From: an uncultured Parabacteroides sp.
GTDB lineage: Bacteria; Bacteroidota; Bacteroidia; Bacteroidales; Tannerellaceae
Direction: 5' to 3'
DNA length: 64,000 nucleotides
NCBI GenBank assembly: GCA_944325335.1
Contig: CALUZR010000012.1
Coordinates: 5,860-69,859, forward strand
The translations under genes were made by a program, and so were the position numbers. The notes under the pieces are model-generated. The model was not told where the DNA came from and did not search any database. It saw only the letters and a program-made list of their open reading frames with translations. Shown in pieces: positions 1-10,067 of the stretch (positions are counted from its first letter, which is position 1; each line of letters begins with the position of its first letter).

Positions 1-2195
1 CCTGTCCCGTCTGCCTGCTTTTCCAGACGCCAGCTACGCGATGGGTCTTGGAGCAGCTTTTTGATGTGCGTGGGGAAAGCATCTGCGCGACGGGCCTCTT
101 CCCAGGTGCGGATGACATTGAAAATCGCATACTTCTGTGGGCATTGTTCTACATCTTCTTGCCCGATGCGCAGGCTGTAGGTTGCTCCGTAGCCTATCGC
201 TGTCGCTTCGATATGTTCGTATTGTTCCACGGTCGAAGTTGCCGTAATTGGGAAGTTCCCCCCAAACGAGGAGGGGAAGAAGTTGGCATAGGTCACGTCC
301 CGTAAATCCTTGCCTTGGCTCGTGGTGCTACCCCAGAGCCGCTGGTCCGCGTCGTACATGTTGAGGCCGCCCCCCACGTTCCAAATACTCTGGTAATGCC
401 ATGAACCTTCTGAGAGCGTGGCGCCCGTAAACCGGATGTCTTCCAATCCATATTCCTTCGCCCGAGCAAACATCTGGCGGAAGAAACGCTTTACGGAATA
501 GGTTCCAAATCCGCTGTGGAAAAGGAACTCCTGTCCGTCGAGGTCGTAATAACTCACGCCGCTGTTCTTAGCGATATCCGCATAATGCCAGGCCAGCTGG
601 TCCTGTAATTCCAAGTTGGGCACGATCCCTTGATATCCCCAGCCTACCGTTACCTGTAGCTTGTCTACCGGATCCCCCTGGCGGTATGCAACCGGCTTGC
701 TATCCCAGTAGCCTCTTGTCACGTTTAGCAAACGATAGGGTTTCGTTTCCGAAACACCCAGGTAATGAATCAACTCTTTTCCAATCTTCACCATATTCAG
801 TTCGCGGCAGTGTCCTTCCCAGCACGCGATCTCATTTAAATAGGTTGGGTCATCTATATAGATTAACGTATCCGTAGCACTGAGGTCCTGGGCTAAATAG
901 CGACGATGCTGTATGCAGCAGCTGTCGGAGGGGAGGGGACTGCAGTCCATCGTCCCTGGCGCCATGGAGTTCGTAATCGTGGTGCGGCCGAAGCGCAAGC
1001 CATCCTTCGCCAAGACCTCCGCAAATTCACGATGCGACAAATTCCGGTCGCCCATGCGAAACGGTTTCCGCTCTTCCCCTTTTCCGTCGATAAAGCCCCC
1101 ATTCGCCCGGTCGGGATGCAGGAAACCTTGGTCGTAGGCCGAGATAACTTTCAAGCCCATCTGCTTTGTGTAGGAGGGGATACTGTCATAGCGGTTCCCG
1201 TAGGTTAATACGTCTGGCATAAAGTTCGTCGGGTCTTTCACCCATTTCCCCTCGAAGGTAGTATAGGGTAGTCCTTCATCGAGCACAATCGTCTGGATCA
1301 CGTCCATCAGGGCCGTACTGTCCGGACTACCCCAGAGGGCGATGGAGGAACCAATATAATCCACCCCAGGGACATCCTGCCGTTGCAAATGGTTCGGTTC
1401 GTTGTTGACAAAAATAGGCGTGCCTTCCGGCGAGTAGATCAAGTCCCCCTTGCGCCGGTCGCGCGACTGGTAGCGAATGTTAATCCTCCCATTTTCATCC
1501 ACCCCTGCCGTAGCGCCATAAACCATCCGGAAATAAGGCTCCTTCCGGTTGTAGAAGGCTACATCGCTTATCCCGTCCCCGCCGAGGGTGAGTTGTTGCC
1601 CTTCGTGCAGCTCCAGGGGTAGGGGATATTGTTTATGGTCCGGGCTATGGACGATATAACCACCCCAGCCCGTATCAGAGGTATACCTCGCTTCCCCACC
1701 GATGGTGTTATCATCGAGCGACAAGGCTCCGATCGCATAATTCACCTGCGCCGATGTATCTCGTGCGACGCCGATGATTTCCCCCAGCAGGTTGTCGATA
1801 TTGGTATAATAACTTCCCCATTGGATGGCATCGATGCCTTCCCGGTTTTCCAGCGCCTCCAGCGTCAGCTTGAAGTACTTCTCCTTTTCTTCGAGGCGGA
1901 TAGTTGCCACGGAGCCATTCTCATACTTCAACTGGTACGCCCCGTTTCCGTAGCGGGCCCGTTGCGGATAGTAATACTTCTTCAGTTGGCTATTGTATAG
2001 CGAAAGGAGTGGGGAAGGCTTGTCGGTAGGACTGAAGTTTCGATCCTCCTTTGTCTGATTCCACATACCTGTGATGTAGCCGCTTTCATCTATTTCTATT
2101 TTGAAATATTCCGTGCAGAACGTCTGCTTTCCTTTTCCACCGCAACTGCTCAACAGGATGAGGGCTGCGGCATACGACAATAATGCTCTTTTCAT
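1..2195 (-). CDS. Uncharacterised PUL lipoprotein, putative glycoside hydrolase. The 3' end runs off the window start. Paralog of 6341..8746 and 10395..12866.
   Basis: Manual minus-strand translation from the ATG at 2193-2195 (MKRALLSYAAALILLSSCGG, lipobox) stays open to position 1, so it is absent from the ORF track. It shares blocks with the paralogs: GLP(Y/H)..(F/I)(E/D)G(K/E)W, IG.ELI.Y, N.(F/M)P...G.F, and a (R/H)LEK tail. Confidence 0.75.
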   Translation of the reverse strand, partial: MKRALLSYAAALILLSSCGGKGKQTFCTEYFKIEIDESGYITGMWNQTKEDRNFSPTDKPSPLLSLYNSQLKKYYYPQRARYGNGAYQLKYENGSVATIRLEEKEKYFKLTLEALENREGIDAIQWGSYYTNIDNLLGEIIGVARDTSAQVNYAIGALSLDDNTIGGEARYTSDTGWGGYIVHSPDHKQYPLPLELHEGQQLTLGGDGISDVAFYNRKEPYFRMVYGATAGVDENGRINIRYQSRDRRKGDLIYSPEGTPIFVNNEPNHLQRQDVPGVDYIGSSIALWGSPDSTALMDVIQTIVLDEGLPYTTFEGKWVKDPTNFMPDVLTYGNRYDSIPSYTKQMGLKVISAYDQGFLHPDRANGGFIDGKGEERKPFRMGDRNLSHREFAEVLAKDGLRFGRTTITNSMAPGTMDCSPLPSDSCCIQHRRYLAQDLSATDTLIYIDDPTYLNEIACWEGHCRELNMVKIGKELIHYLGVSETKPYRLLNVTRGYWDSKPVAYRQGDPVDKLQVTVGWGYQGIVPNLELQDQLAWHYADIAKNSGVSYYDLDGQEFLFHSGFGTYSVKRFFRQMFARAKEYGLEDIRFTGATLSEGSWHYQSIWNVGGGLNMYDADQRLWGSTTSQGKDLRDVTYANFFPSSFGGNFPITATSTVEQYEHIEATAIGYGATYSLRIGQEDVEQCPQKYAIFNVIRTWEEARRADAFPTHIKKLLQDPSRSWRLEKQADGT

Positions 2196-2328
2196 GTGAT
2201 ATAAGTGTTTTCTTTATTCGTTTTTATCGGTTATCTGTTAAGTAAGACAACTCTCTTTCCATTTTGTACCTGGATTAGGGGGAATTTTCATATAAAATGG
2301 ATAATTCCCCCCTTGTTGGGCAGGCTTA

Positions 2329-4299
2329 TCAACGTATCTCTACTTGGAAACGGTAAGTCAGGGAGCCTTCATTCCACATCTGGAAGTTCGTCCCCCACAG
2401 GTTATTGCTGAGGTTGAAATGGACTCCTCCCCGTATGTCTGGGTAATCCAGGGAATAGTTGATGCCTTTCGCCTCACCAATATTGGCCAGGAACGCAGTC
2501 GGGCTCCAAATGCGGATGGTATCAGTGGCGGTGATTATATCGATATACCGGTCTATCCCGTGCATCTGGCGGTTGCCTTTCTCCACGACATCCATCACAT
2601 CAACCCGCGAACCTGTCTTTTCCGCAACGATACCTTGGATATTATCTGCGAGGAAAGAGAACCAATATGCCTCGGGCAGGCGGACGGCGGGTTTATTCCA
2701 GATCGTCACGGCAATCTCCGCTTGTTTCTGGTTGGGCGTCGTATGGACTTCTACATACAGCCGTTCTGGATAGACACGTGCATCAGCCTTACTCTGGGGC
2801 AACCGGAGCTCATAGGCCTGGTAAGTACCCATAGGTTCCTCCCGCACCTCTTGGCGGACCACTTCAGCCGGAATGGAAAGGCTCACAGCTCCTGAGCTCC
2901 CCAGTCCTGTCTTCCCTAAATCGTCCAGCGCCCAGCCGTAGCGTGCTCGTAGATATTGCGAGAGATAGGATTCGTAGTCGAGGCTGTCATACATCTGGTA
3001 AAGCACGCCACCGAGCTGTAGCTTCCCCTCCAGCAAAGATAAAGTCCACGGGCGAGGTGCGACAGTTTCCGCTTGATTGGTAAAGGTCGGCACCGACGGG
3101 TGGTCGATGGCATCAAGTACCACCCTTGCCTCTTGTTGCCGGGAAGAAGACAAATAGCAAATGGCTTGTTCCAGGTAATCATCGAGCTCTTCCCACGACT
3201 TTTCCGCCTTCCGGAAGGGTGAGGTAGAGCGGGCTGCTTGAAAAGCATCCATGTCATATTTGTCCCAGTTCCGCAGGTGGGTTTTGACGTCGACCCCTTG
3301 GGTATGCTCAGCAATCAACCCTAATTGCAAGGCAAACGACAAGGATTCGTCGCTATCCTGCTTCATGCCCTCCTTCAGCCATTTCGTGTAGAGGGCCGAA
3401 AGTGCGCGGAACTTCGCCATGCGGATGGGGGAGCTTCCATAGCCATAAATCCAAGTGTCCCCAATCTCTGAGGTCACGACAGGCAGGGTTTCCTTGATTG
3501 CCTCCAGCTCGTGGGCAATTTCATTGAAGGATGCAGGTATCAGTTGTGCCTGTGGATATTTCTTACGCAATTCGGCATAGATGGATTTAACCTGTGCATA
3601 CGAGTGGGGACCATGGTTATCTCCCGTGAAATTCACGGAGACAGCCATCTTCCCACCCGGGAGCAAACTCTCCGTGCCGTAGTCTTGTTGGTACATAAGG
3701 ATGACTTCCTCATTCGTGGCAGGGTCGCGCCATCGGCAGAACTCCGGCACAGCTGGCAGGGGCGAGGCCGGATTCACTCCGACATGGAGCAGGCGAATCC
3801 CGGCCTTTGCCAATAGGGGGACAATGCCTCGCGTGTGCCCGGGGACGTCGGTCATCTTCGCGGCCACTGTCTCTTTTCCGTAGCGCGCATCCAATTGCTT
3901 TGAGACAAGGAGACACGTACTAAAGAGGTCTTCCGTCATGGTTTCCGACTCTACCGTGTATGGGACACCATTCCATACTATGTCGCCACGTTTGATGGCT
4001 TCCTGCAGCCTGGCCTTTTCCTGAGGGGAGGCTTGCTGGAGATATGTCCAGATTAACCATGAACCTGTCGTCCATACATAGCGCTCATTTTCGCTTCCTT
4101 CTGCCCGTAGCTTCTCTGCCACGTCCAAGGCTTTCGGGATAAACTCCTTCATATACCTCTCTGTAACGATGGAGCTAAGGTCGGTGAACCCGACATCCAA
4201 ATGGGTTTTAAATACCACATACACTTTCTCTACGCTTTGGTCCTGCGCATACGCGGCAAAAGACAAAAGCAAACTGAGGATTCCCACAATCAATCGCAT
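2329..4299 (-). CDS. GH38-like (DUF5054-type, from memory) putative glycoside hydrolase, secreted
   Basis: 656-aa ORF with a signal peptide (LLLSFAAYAQ). N-terminal VVFKTHLDVGFTD resembles the GH38-type metal-binding start. Lies inside the PUL. Confidence 0.7.
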   Translation of the reverse strand: MRLIVGILSLLLSFAAYAQDQSVEKVYVVFKTHLDVGFTDLSSIVTERYMKEFIPKALDVAEKLRAEGSENERYVWTTGSWLIWTYLQQASPQEKARLQEAIKRGDIVWNGVPYTVESETMTEDLFSTCLLVSKQLDARYGKETVAAKMTDVPGHTRGIVPLLAKAGIRLLHVGVNPASPLPAVPEFCRWRDPATNEEVILMYQQDYGTESLLPGGKMAVSVNFTGDNHGPHSYAQVKSIYAELRKKYPQAQLIPASFNEIAHELEAIKETLPVVTSEIGDTWIYGYGSSPIRMAKFRALSALYTKWLKEGMKQDSDESLSFALQLGLIAEHTQGVDVKTHLRNWDKYDMDAFQAARSTSPFRKAEKSWEELDDYLEQAICYLSSSRQQEARVVLDAIDHPSVPTFTNQAETVAPRPWTLSLLEGKLQLGGVLYQMYDSLDYESYLSQYLRARYGWALDDLGKTGLGSSGAVSLSIPAEVVRQEVREEPMGTYQAYELRLPQSKADARVYPERLYVEVHTTPNQKQAEIAVTIWNKPAVRLPEAYWFSFLADNIQGIVAEKTGSRVDVMDVVEKGNRQMHGIDRYIDIITATDTIRIWSPTAFLANIGEAKGINYSLDYPDIRGGVHFNLSNNLWGTNFQMWNEGSLTYRFQVEIR

Positions 4300-4310
4300 A
4301 CTTTCCTGTT

Positions 4311-6239
4311 TTATCGGGTTATCTTCATGACAAATCCGCCACCTGCCTGGAGCTCCTGACGGAATTCCCCGCCCCCGCGGACGTGGGTTGTTTTCATTTC
4401 CAGGCTCCGGCGTTCGCCTGGCTTATCACATGCGATTTCGGCCTTGTACCGGCCCTTTGGCAAGAAGTCCAACTGACATTGGAAGGTCCTCGCCTCGCTG
4501 CCATTCAATACGGAGAGATACCACACCTCCCCTTTGCGCCGGGCAATGGCCGCAATCTCCCCGATGGCGCTCTCCGGCAGTGCGACAGTTTCATCCCAAG
4601 TGACCGGCACCTCCTCAATCATGCGGCGGGCGGGACAGTTCAACATATCCTCCATGTCTGCTGCGAAGATCAACATGGGCGATGTGAACATGTAAATCGT
4701 AGCCAGTTGATGGGCAAATGTCACTTCCTTGGGGCAAAATGCACGGAAATTGAGTGGCGTGTAGTCTGCCGGGCCTGCCAGCCATCGTGTGAAGGGGAGT
4801 ACGGTATTGTGATAGGTCCACGCGGGCCCGGGAGCCCATGAATTTTCTGCGCCGACGCTCTCCAGTCCCCGGACGGCTTCCTTGGCCAATAGATTCGGAT
4901 ACGTGTACGTGTCGCCCGTGGGTTTGTTCACTCCATGGAATATGACCATGAGGTGCGCTTTCGCAGCGTCCCGGAGGATGTCCTCCATCAGTGTGACGGT
5001 AAACAAGTTCTCTGAATGGAAGAAGTCGATCTTGAGACCCTTTACCCCGATCTCGGCACACTTCTCCATAAAGTGGCGACGCTCCTCATCGTCTATGAGA
5101 CCGATGTCCGTACGATTGCCGGCGCGAGGGGAAGATGGACGCCATACCCAGATGTCGACACCCTTTCCTTTCGCATAGGAAACCAACTCAGACAGCAGGT
5201 CCCATTTCGTGCGGCCTTGGGCGTTGGGCTCCGTGTCTGGCCAGAGTTCCCATCCGTCATCCACCACTACCGTCTCTATGCCAAGCTCTGCACATCCATC
5301 GACATACTTCATGTGGTTCTGTACACTCAACCTTTCCACCCCGCCTTCTACCAGCCAGGTGAAGACAGCTCGTCCGGGCTTTATCCACTCTGTCTGCGCC
5401 CCGTGGGGGAAGAGTTTCGGGTCGGGCTGGTCCGCTACTTCCTGTATGATCGAGTTGTTCACCAGGTCGTTGAGGCTGTTTGCCAGCATAAGGACCCGCC
5501 AAGGTGTCACGATCCCCTCGTCTGTGCCACGCGGGGAAATGATCCAGGGAACGTCCCTGACGACCTGTTGCGCGTACTTCATGGGTGGCATGCCTGTGAG
5601 GGTACCCGTCTCGAGATGCCCTTTATTTTCCACATATCCATACTGTACGCGATTGTCGCCTACTCCAAAGAGCACGGCCCCGTGGTAGTGGAAGAGGTTC
5701 GCTTCCGTCAGGGCAGCGTAAATTCCATCCGGCGTGAGGAACGTGGCGGGTGGGGCGAGGAGCTCACCCTCCAGGGCCTCGACCTTCCGATCTTGATAGG
5801 CTTGCACCCACCCGTATTGGAAGGGACCACTCGCGTACCATGTCCTGGTTCCCTGTGGGAATTGGTAACTGGTTTCCTCGCCATATATGCATACCGGCTT
5901 GCCGTCTGTGGGGATATGATAGCGTAGCGCCATCCCGTCGTCGAATACTTTTGTTTCGATTTGGAAGGCACGGTCGTCCCGCTGCTTCACGGTATAAAGG
6001 ATATGGTCCGCACTGAGTGTGTCCGCCTCCAGGGCGACTACCTCTTTCCCATAGGGCCTGTTATCGATGTTAAGTCCCAAGGGAGAGGTCCCAATCATGT
6101 GGCGACCTTCAAAGTCCACCTTGTAGACGACTTCTTCTTGTGCGTTGACCCACACACGCATTTGTACATTCTCCGCCGCAGCTGTATAGGCTGCCAGCAA
6201 GCATGGCATCATTGCCAGCCAAGTGTTTCGTTTTCTCAT
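4311..6239 (-). CDS. Glycoside hydrolase family 97 (alpha-glucosidase/alpha-galactosidase type)
   Basis: 642-aa ORF with a signal peptide. Carries GH97-like blocks VVDDGW, GLKIDFF and FHGVNKPTGDTYTYPNLLAKEAVRGLE. Confidence 0.85.
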   Translation of the reverse strand: MRKRNTWLAMMPCLLAAYTAAAENVQMRVWVNAQEEVVYKVDFEGRHMIGTSPLGLNIDNRPYGKEVVALEADTLSADHILYTVKQRDDRAFQIETKVFDDGMALRYHIPTDGKPVCIYGEETSYQFPQGTRTWYASGPFQYGWVQAYQDRKVEALEGELLAPPATFLTPDGIYAALTEANLFHYHGAVLFGVGDNRVQYGYVENKGHLETGTLTGMPPMKYAQQVVRDVPWIISPRGTDEGIVTPWRVLMLANSLNDLVNNSIIQEVADQPDPKLFPHGAQTEWIKPGRAVFTWLVEGGVERLSVQNHMKYVDGCAELGIETVVVDDGWELWPDTEPNAQGRTKWDLLSELVSYAKGKGVDIWVWRPSSPRAGNRTDIGLIDDEERRHFMEKCAEIGVKGLKIDFFHSENLFTVTLMEDILRDAAKAHLMVIFHGVNKPTGDTYTYPNLLAKEAVRGLESVGAENSWAPGPAWTYHNTVLPFTRWLAGPADYTPLNFRAFCPKEVTFAHQLATIYMFTSPMLIFAADMEDMLNCPARRMIEEVPVTWDETVALPESAIGEIAAIARRKGEVWYLSVLNGSEARTFQCQLDFLPKGRYKAEIACDKPGERRSLEMKTTHVRGGGEFRQELQAGGGFVMKITR

Positions 6240-6250
6240 CTGCTTTGTAG

Positions 6251-6308
6251 TTATAAAAAAGTTCCCGATAGATTGTCTACAAAGGTACGCAGACTTCTCT
6301 ATCGGGAG
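6251..6308 (-). terminator. Stem-loop plus U-run after gene 6341..8746. The loop carries the putative GH97 -7 box.
   Basis: 9-10-bp stem (CCCGATAGA/TCTATCGGG) followed on the minus strand by AACTTTTTT. Confidence 0.5.
6281..6288 (-). promoter_or_regulatory. -7 box for the GH97 gene
   Basis: The plus strand reads CAAAGGTA (minus-strand TACCTTTG), 42 bp upstream of the ATG at 6239. Confidence 0.35.
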
Positions 6309-6340
6309 AATGGATTATCTTTTTATATTGTTGGATTATC

Positions 6341-8746
6341 TTACGGTAATTGGAGCTTCTCGGGCGTACCTTTCGTGATGAAGCGTACCTCTACCTCTGG
6401 CAAGTCCTCCCCGTAGGGTTCACACGAGAAAGAGATGGCTGACCCTCCGGCTGGCACATTCGCCACACCCATGGGAGAGACCTCTTTCAACACGTTGTAG
6501 TTCCTGTCTGTGACGTAGGCTTTCTCGCCCGGTGTGTAGAGCAGGTACTGCCCTGCCTTGATTTCACAGGGGAATTTGATGGTTCCCGTAGGCGTGCGGA
6601 ACGAGGGATTCCGGATTTCGCCCTCCCATTCCACACGGAGACGGATCATGTATTCCCCGCCATAGGGAGATTGTAGCGTCCAGTCCGCCCCACCGGGTTG
6701 GCCGGGCTGCATCTCTCCCAGATTACAACGATATACGTCCGAAATGTGTAACGGGTACAAGTGGAAGTTTCTTTCATCCACTTTTTCCAACCGCCACTCC
6801 GTTTGAGGGTCTCTAAGTTGCTCACGCTGTTCCGCGGTAAACACGTGCGCCTCCCGGAGCTGATCCCAATTGCGTATCGCGTCCAGGAGCTTGTCAATCT
6901 GTCCATGTCGGCGCAAGGTACGCATGTTGATGGTCATCGCATAACCTGCATCGAATCCCGCGGACTCGGAGAGGGCCCATTCCAAATCTTCAAGTGTCGT
7001 ACACTCAAAACGACGGTCTGCCAGCCGGATTAAAAACCACCCGAGCATGCGCGGGAAGAGATTTCGCTCAAAGAAAGCCTGGTTTTTGATGCGGTTGGCT
7101 ACCTGGCCGACCCGCATCGCAGCCCCCCACGGCTCGCCCCAGTTCATGCGGGTATGTACGTGCCACAGGTAGTGGCTAAGGCGGCTGGCATCATTTAATA
7201 CGTTGTGATTGACCTGGTCGTAGAATCGGGTGACGAACCGCGCCGTCGCATAGTCGTCTTGCCCCGTGTACATGCATCCCTCAAGTCCATCGAATGAAAT
7301 TTGTGCCAACCCGGTCTTATTGTAAATCTCCCCCAGCCGGTCGGCCATTTCATCTTGCAAAGAAAGGTCTGGGAACAAGGTGCGGTAGGGATAATCCCAT
7401 AATTTATAGCATACCTCGCCAGCGGGATGGGCTGCAGCCTTCGTCCCAAACGCCCCACGCACGCAGTTGCGCAATACCAGCCAATCGCCTTCCTCCTCGT
7501 GCGTGCCATACGTAATCAATTCGTCCCCGATTTGGAGCATGTTCAGTGTCAAAGGTACCTCGAAGAGTTCCGACTTCCGCACGCGTAGCTCAGTCTGGCT
7601 GGCATCCAAGGCGCCCTCCACTTGTACCTGTCCCTGCTTCAGGAGATGTTTGGAAGGTACGGGGGTGACATAGGCGTCGTTCGTGGTAATAAAGTTGGTC
7701 AGCGTATGCACGCCCATCTTGATACCTCGTTTGGCCGCCTTCTCGACCATGAGGCGCACGCCCTCGTCGCCCTTGACGGTGAACGCGCTATCCCATTGGA
7801 AGTGCCCCCAGTCCCGGAAAGGCCCGGAATGATATAAATAGCGGAACCCAGCCCGCTCGGCCTTCTCCAGCGCAAAGTCGAGGTCGTCTTCCGAGAAATT
7901 ACTGATCAAATAAGAGCTCATGGCCTTTTGCGAGGTCTTTCCCCACTCTCCCTCGAAGAGGGGATGCGGCAAACCCTGTTCCACTTCGATCGCACCAATC
8001 CGCGAGAGCGCCTCGCTCGCCAGGCAACCGAACAGTGCCACCTTGGCCCCTTCCATATCTCCATCCTTCCCCTCCACGGGCAAGACAAGCGAACCTTTTA
8101 CCTGTTGCACCGTCCTGTACTCCTGGCGCGTCCGGTTGCGCACAGCGAACTGGAACCTCGTACCCCCGTCGATTTCCGTGGCAGCCAGACGGTATGCCGG
8201 GACCGAGCCGACCGATAATTCCGCCGGGGCGCCTTCCGCGGGATCGTGGGCGCTTACCACTTCAATATATTCCTCTGGCACGCCCGCGGTAGTCTTGATA
8301 TTCAAGGCTTGAACCCCGAACGCCATGCCTTGGCCCTGTGCTACGCCTACGACGTCGCCCACCACGTCATGGATGGAGACCGAGAGAGGTCCGAAGAGCA
8401 ACGCATCGTAGCCATCGGGTACTTTCACCACTTCAAGCGTCACACAGTGCTGCGACTCCTCATATTTCAGTTGCACCTGCTGCCGGTCGGGCATGAGGAG
8501 TTTGATTTTATTTCCAGAGGTTACCAGCTCCGTGGGATGCAATAACTTCCCCTCATCACAGGCCGTGACGAGCGGAGACGCTCCCTCTTTCAAAATCTCT
8601 TTCCCCTCCACCTGTATGGACGCATAATATCCCTTTTCATCCAGTGTAATCACCGTGTTTGCCGTCTTCAGGACCAAATCCTTAGCCCCACCCGACGCCG
8701 CGAAGAGCACCAGCCCTGCCAGCGACATCCAAATCTTGTGTTTCAT
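6341..8746 (-). CDS. Uncharacterised large secreted protein, putative glycoside hydrolase (paralog family)
   Basis: 801-aa ORF with a signal peptide. Alignable along most of its length with 10395..12866 and with the partial gene at 1..2195. Confidence 0.85.
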   Translation of the reverse strand: MKHKIWMSLAGLVLFAASGGAKDLVLKTANTVITLDEKGYYASIQVEGKEILKEGASPLVTACDEGKLLHPTELVTSGNKIKLLMPDRQQVQLKYEESQHCVTLEVVKVPDGYDALLFGPLSVSIHDVVGDVVGVAQGQGMAFGVQALNIKTTAGVPEEYIEVVSAHDPAEGAPAELSVGSVPAYRLAATEIDGGTRFQFAVRNRTRQEYRTVQQVKGSLVLPVEGKDGDMEGAKVALFGCLASEALSRIGAIEVEQGLPHPLFEGEWGKTSQKAMSSYLISNFSEDDLDFALEKAERAGFRYLYHSGPFRDWGHFQWDSAFTVKGDEGVRLMVEKAAKRGIKMGVHTLTNFITTNDAYVTPVPSKHLLKQGQVQVEGALDASQTELRVRKSELFEVPLTLNMLQIGDELITYGTHEEEGDWLVLRNCVRGAFGTKAAAHPAGEVCYKLWDYPYRTLFPDLSLQDEMADRLGEIYNKTGLAQISFDGLEGCMYTGQDDYATARFVTRFYDQVNHNVLNDASRLSHYLWHVHTRMNWGEPWGAAMRVGQVANRIKNQAFFERNLFPRMLGWFLIRLADRRFECTTLEDLEWALSESAGFDAGYAMTINMRTLRRHGQIDKLLDAIRNWDQLREAHVFTAEQREQLRDPQTEWRLEKVDERNFHLYPLHISDVYRCNLGEMQPGQPGGADWTLQSPYGGEYMIRLRVEWEGEIRNPSFRTPTGTIKFPCEIKAGQYLLYTPGEKAYVTDRNYNVLKEVSPMGVANVPAGGSAISFSCEPYGEDLPEVEVRFITKGTPEKLQLP

Positions 8747-8813
8747 ATCCGTTAAATCGTTTTTATAAGTTAGTTTCTACCTTTTCTGCTTCTCATTTTC
8801 CTTTCCATTCCCT

Positions 8814-8864
8814 AAAAAAGAAGCACCTGCCCTTCCTTTTTCCATTGCAAAGGACAGATGCTTC
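8814..8864 (-). terminator. Rho-independent terminator after the DUF4469-type gene
   Basis: On the minus strand, GAAGCATCTGTCCTT..loop..AAGGGCAGGTGCTTC is followed by TTTTTT. Confidence 0.7.
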
Positions 8865-8891
8865 CCATTTCCCCTTCCTCATCCAACAGGT

Positions 8892-10016
8892 TTATACCAA
8901 TTTGATGATTTTGGCATATTCCAGCGACAAGGGTTTCCCCTCGTGGTACGTTTCGATTCGTATTTTATAATTACCTTCCGCAAAATCGCGAATCATGATG
9001 AATTCACACCCCTTGTTAGACCTCGCCAGGATGTCTTCAGCCGGTACTACTTCCTCGATACTCGAGTTTTCAGCTATTACCACAATTTTACCCGGACCAT
9101 CACCCTTCTCGTTCACGAGTTCAAAGCCTCCAGTCCATTCCATCAGCGTCTCCTTGCCCCGTGTGATGCCCGTAGCATCATAGGGATCCTTCACTTTGGA
9201 ATAGACGGCTGTGATTTCTAGCTTGGCAGGCTCCTCGGGCGTACTTGGGGTCTCCGTTGTCTCCGTCTTAGTGCCCTGTCCACGCCGCGTGAGCTTATCG
9301 TTCACCTCGACAATCAGCGCGTTAATTTTGTCGATAATCCCACCCAACACGGTACGTGTTTCTTCATCTTTTTGGACCATCTCGTTGGCTTGGTACATCA
9401 CATTAATTGCGCTCACCAGCTCCAGGAAGGCTTCATCGACGTCCTGACGAATCTTTTGCATATTCGTTTGAACTTTACGACCATGTTTTTCCGACGAGCG
9501 GGCTTTGTAGGTCGTATTGAAGTCCGTATTCGCCTCCTCGAGAAGTTCCACGGCATAATCCAATTCCAATACCGTCACCGCGGCAGCATACTTTTCCAAC
9601 TTGAGGGTCTGCACCAGGTTGGTAATCTCTGCCGTAATCTCGGAATAGGACTTACTGTTCGCACGACGGTATGGTTTAATCGCATATTGCAACAAATCCG
9701 CCGCTTTGTACTTTTCCTCTTTCGGGCAGTACATGTAGGAATCGATAATACTCTTCAGGAACAAAAATAACCTGTTCCGCTTGTTGTTTTTGGTTGTAAT
9801 TTCCACCGTCGAGGCATACCCTTGGTTCTGTTTATACACCAGGTCTTCTTGCTCGAACATGCTCACGTATGCGGCATATTGCGTATCGAAATGATAGGTC
9901 TCCGCCACCTCTTGGGGCACATCTTCTATCACATCTTGGTTAAACTGGAAGTGTTCACCATTACGCAACAAACCGATTTGCGTAGCACACGTTAAAACTT
10001 TCTTTGTGTTTGTCAT
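8892..10016 (-). CDS. Hypothetical protein with a C-terminal DUF4469-type Ig-like module and a helical N-terminal domain of unknown function
   Basis: 374-aa ORF. Its C-terminus (FAEGNYKIRIETYHEGKP) aligns with the C-terminus of 46735..47487 (LAEGNYTLRIETYIGTNG). The N-terminal LRNGEHFQF region looks DUF6261-like (from memory, unverified). No signal peptide. Confidence 0.8.
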   Translation of the reverse strand: MTNTKKVLTCATQIGLLRNGEHFQFNQDVIEDVPQEVAETYHFDTQYAAYVSMFEQEDLVYKQNQGYASTVEITTKNNKRNRLFLFLKSIIDSYMYCPKEEKYKAADLLQYAIKPYRRANSKSYSEITAEITNLVQTLKLEKYAAAVTVLELDYAVELLEEANTDFNTTYKARSSEKHGRKVQTNMQKIRQDVDEAFLELVSAINVMYQANEMVQKDEETRTVLGGIIDKINALIVEVNDKLTRRGQGTKTETTETPSTPEEPAKLEITAVYSKVKDPYDATGITRGKETLMEWTGGFELVNEKGDGPGKIVVIAENSSIEEVVPAEDILARSNKGCEFIMIRDFAEGNYKIRIETYHEGKPLSLEYAKIIKLV

Positions 10017-10067
10017 TGTACCTATTTTAAAAATGAATAATAGTTATCTAAATACCTCTATTGATAT

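Noticed and set aside
48-2000. Several plus-strand ORFs of 60-123 aa in the first 2.2 kb (48..305, 906..1208, 1629..2000 and others).
   Set aside because: The minus strand carries one continuous reading frame from the ATG at 2195 to the window edge, with clear paralogy to two other PUL genes. The plus-strand ORFs are overlapping artefacts.
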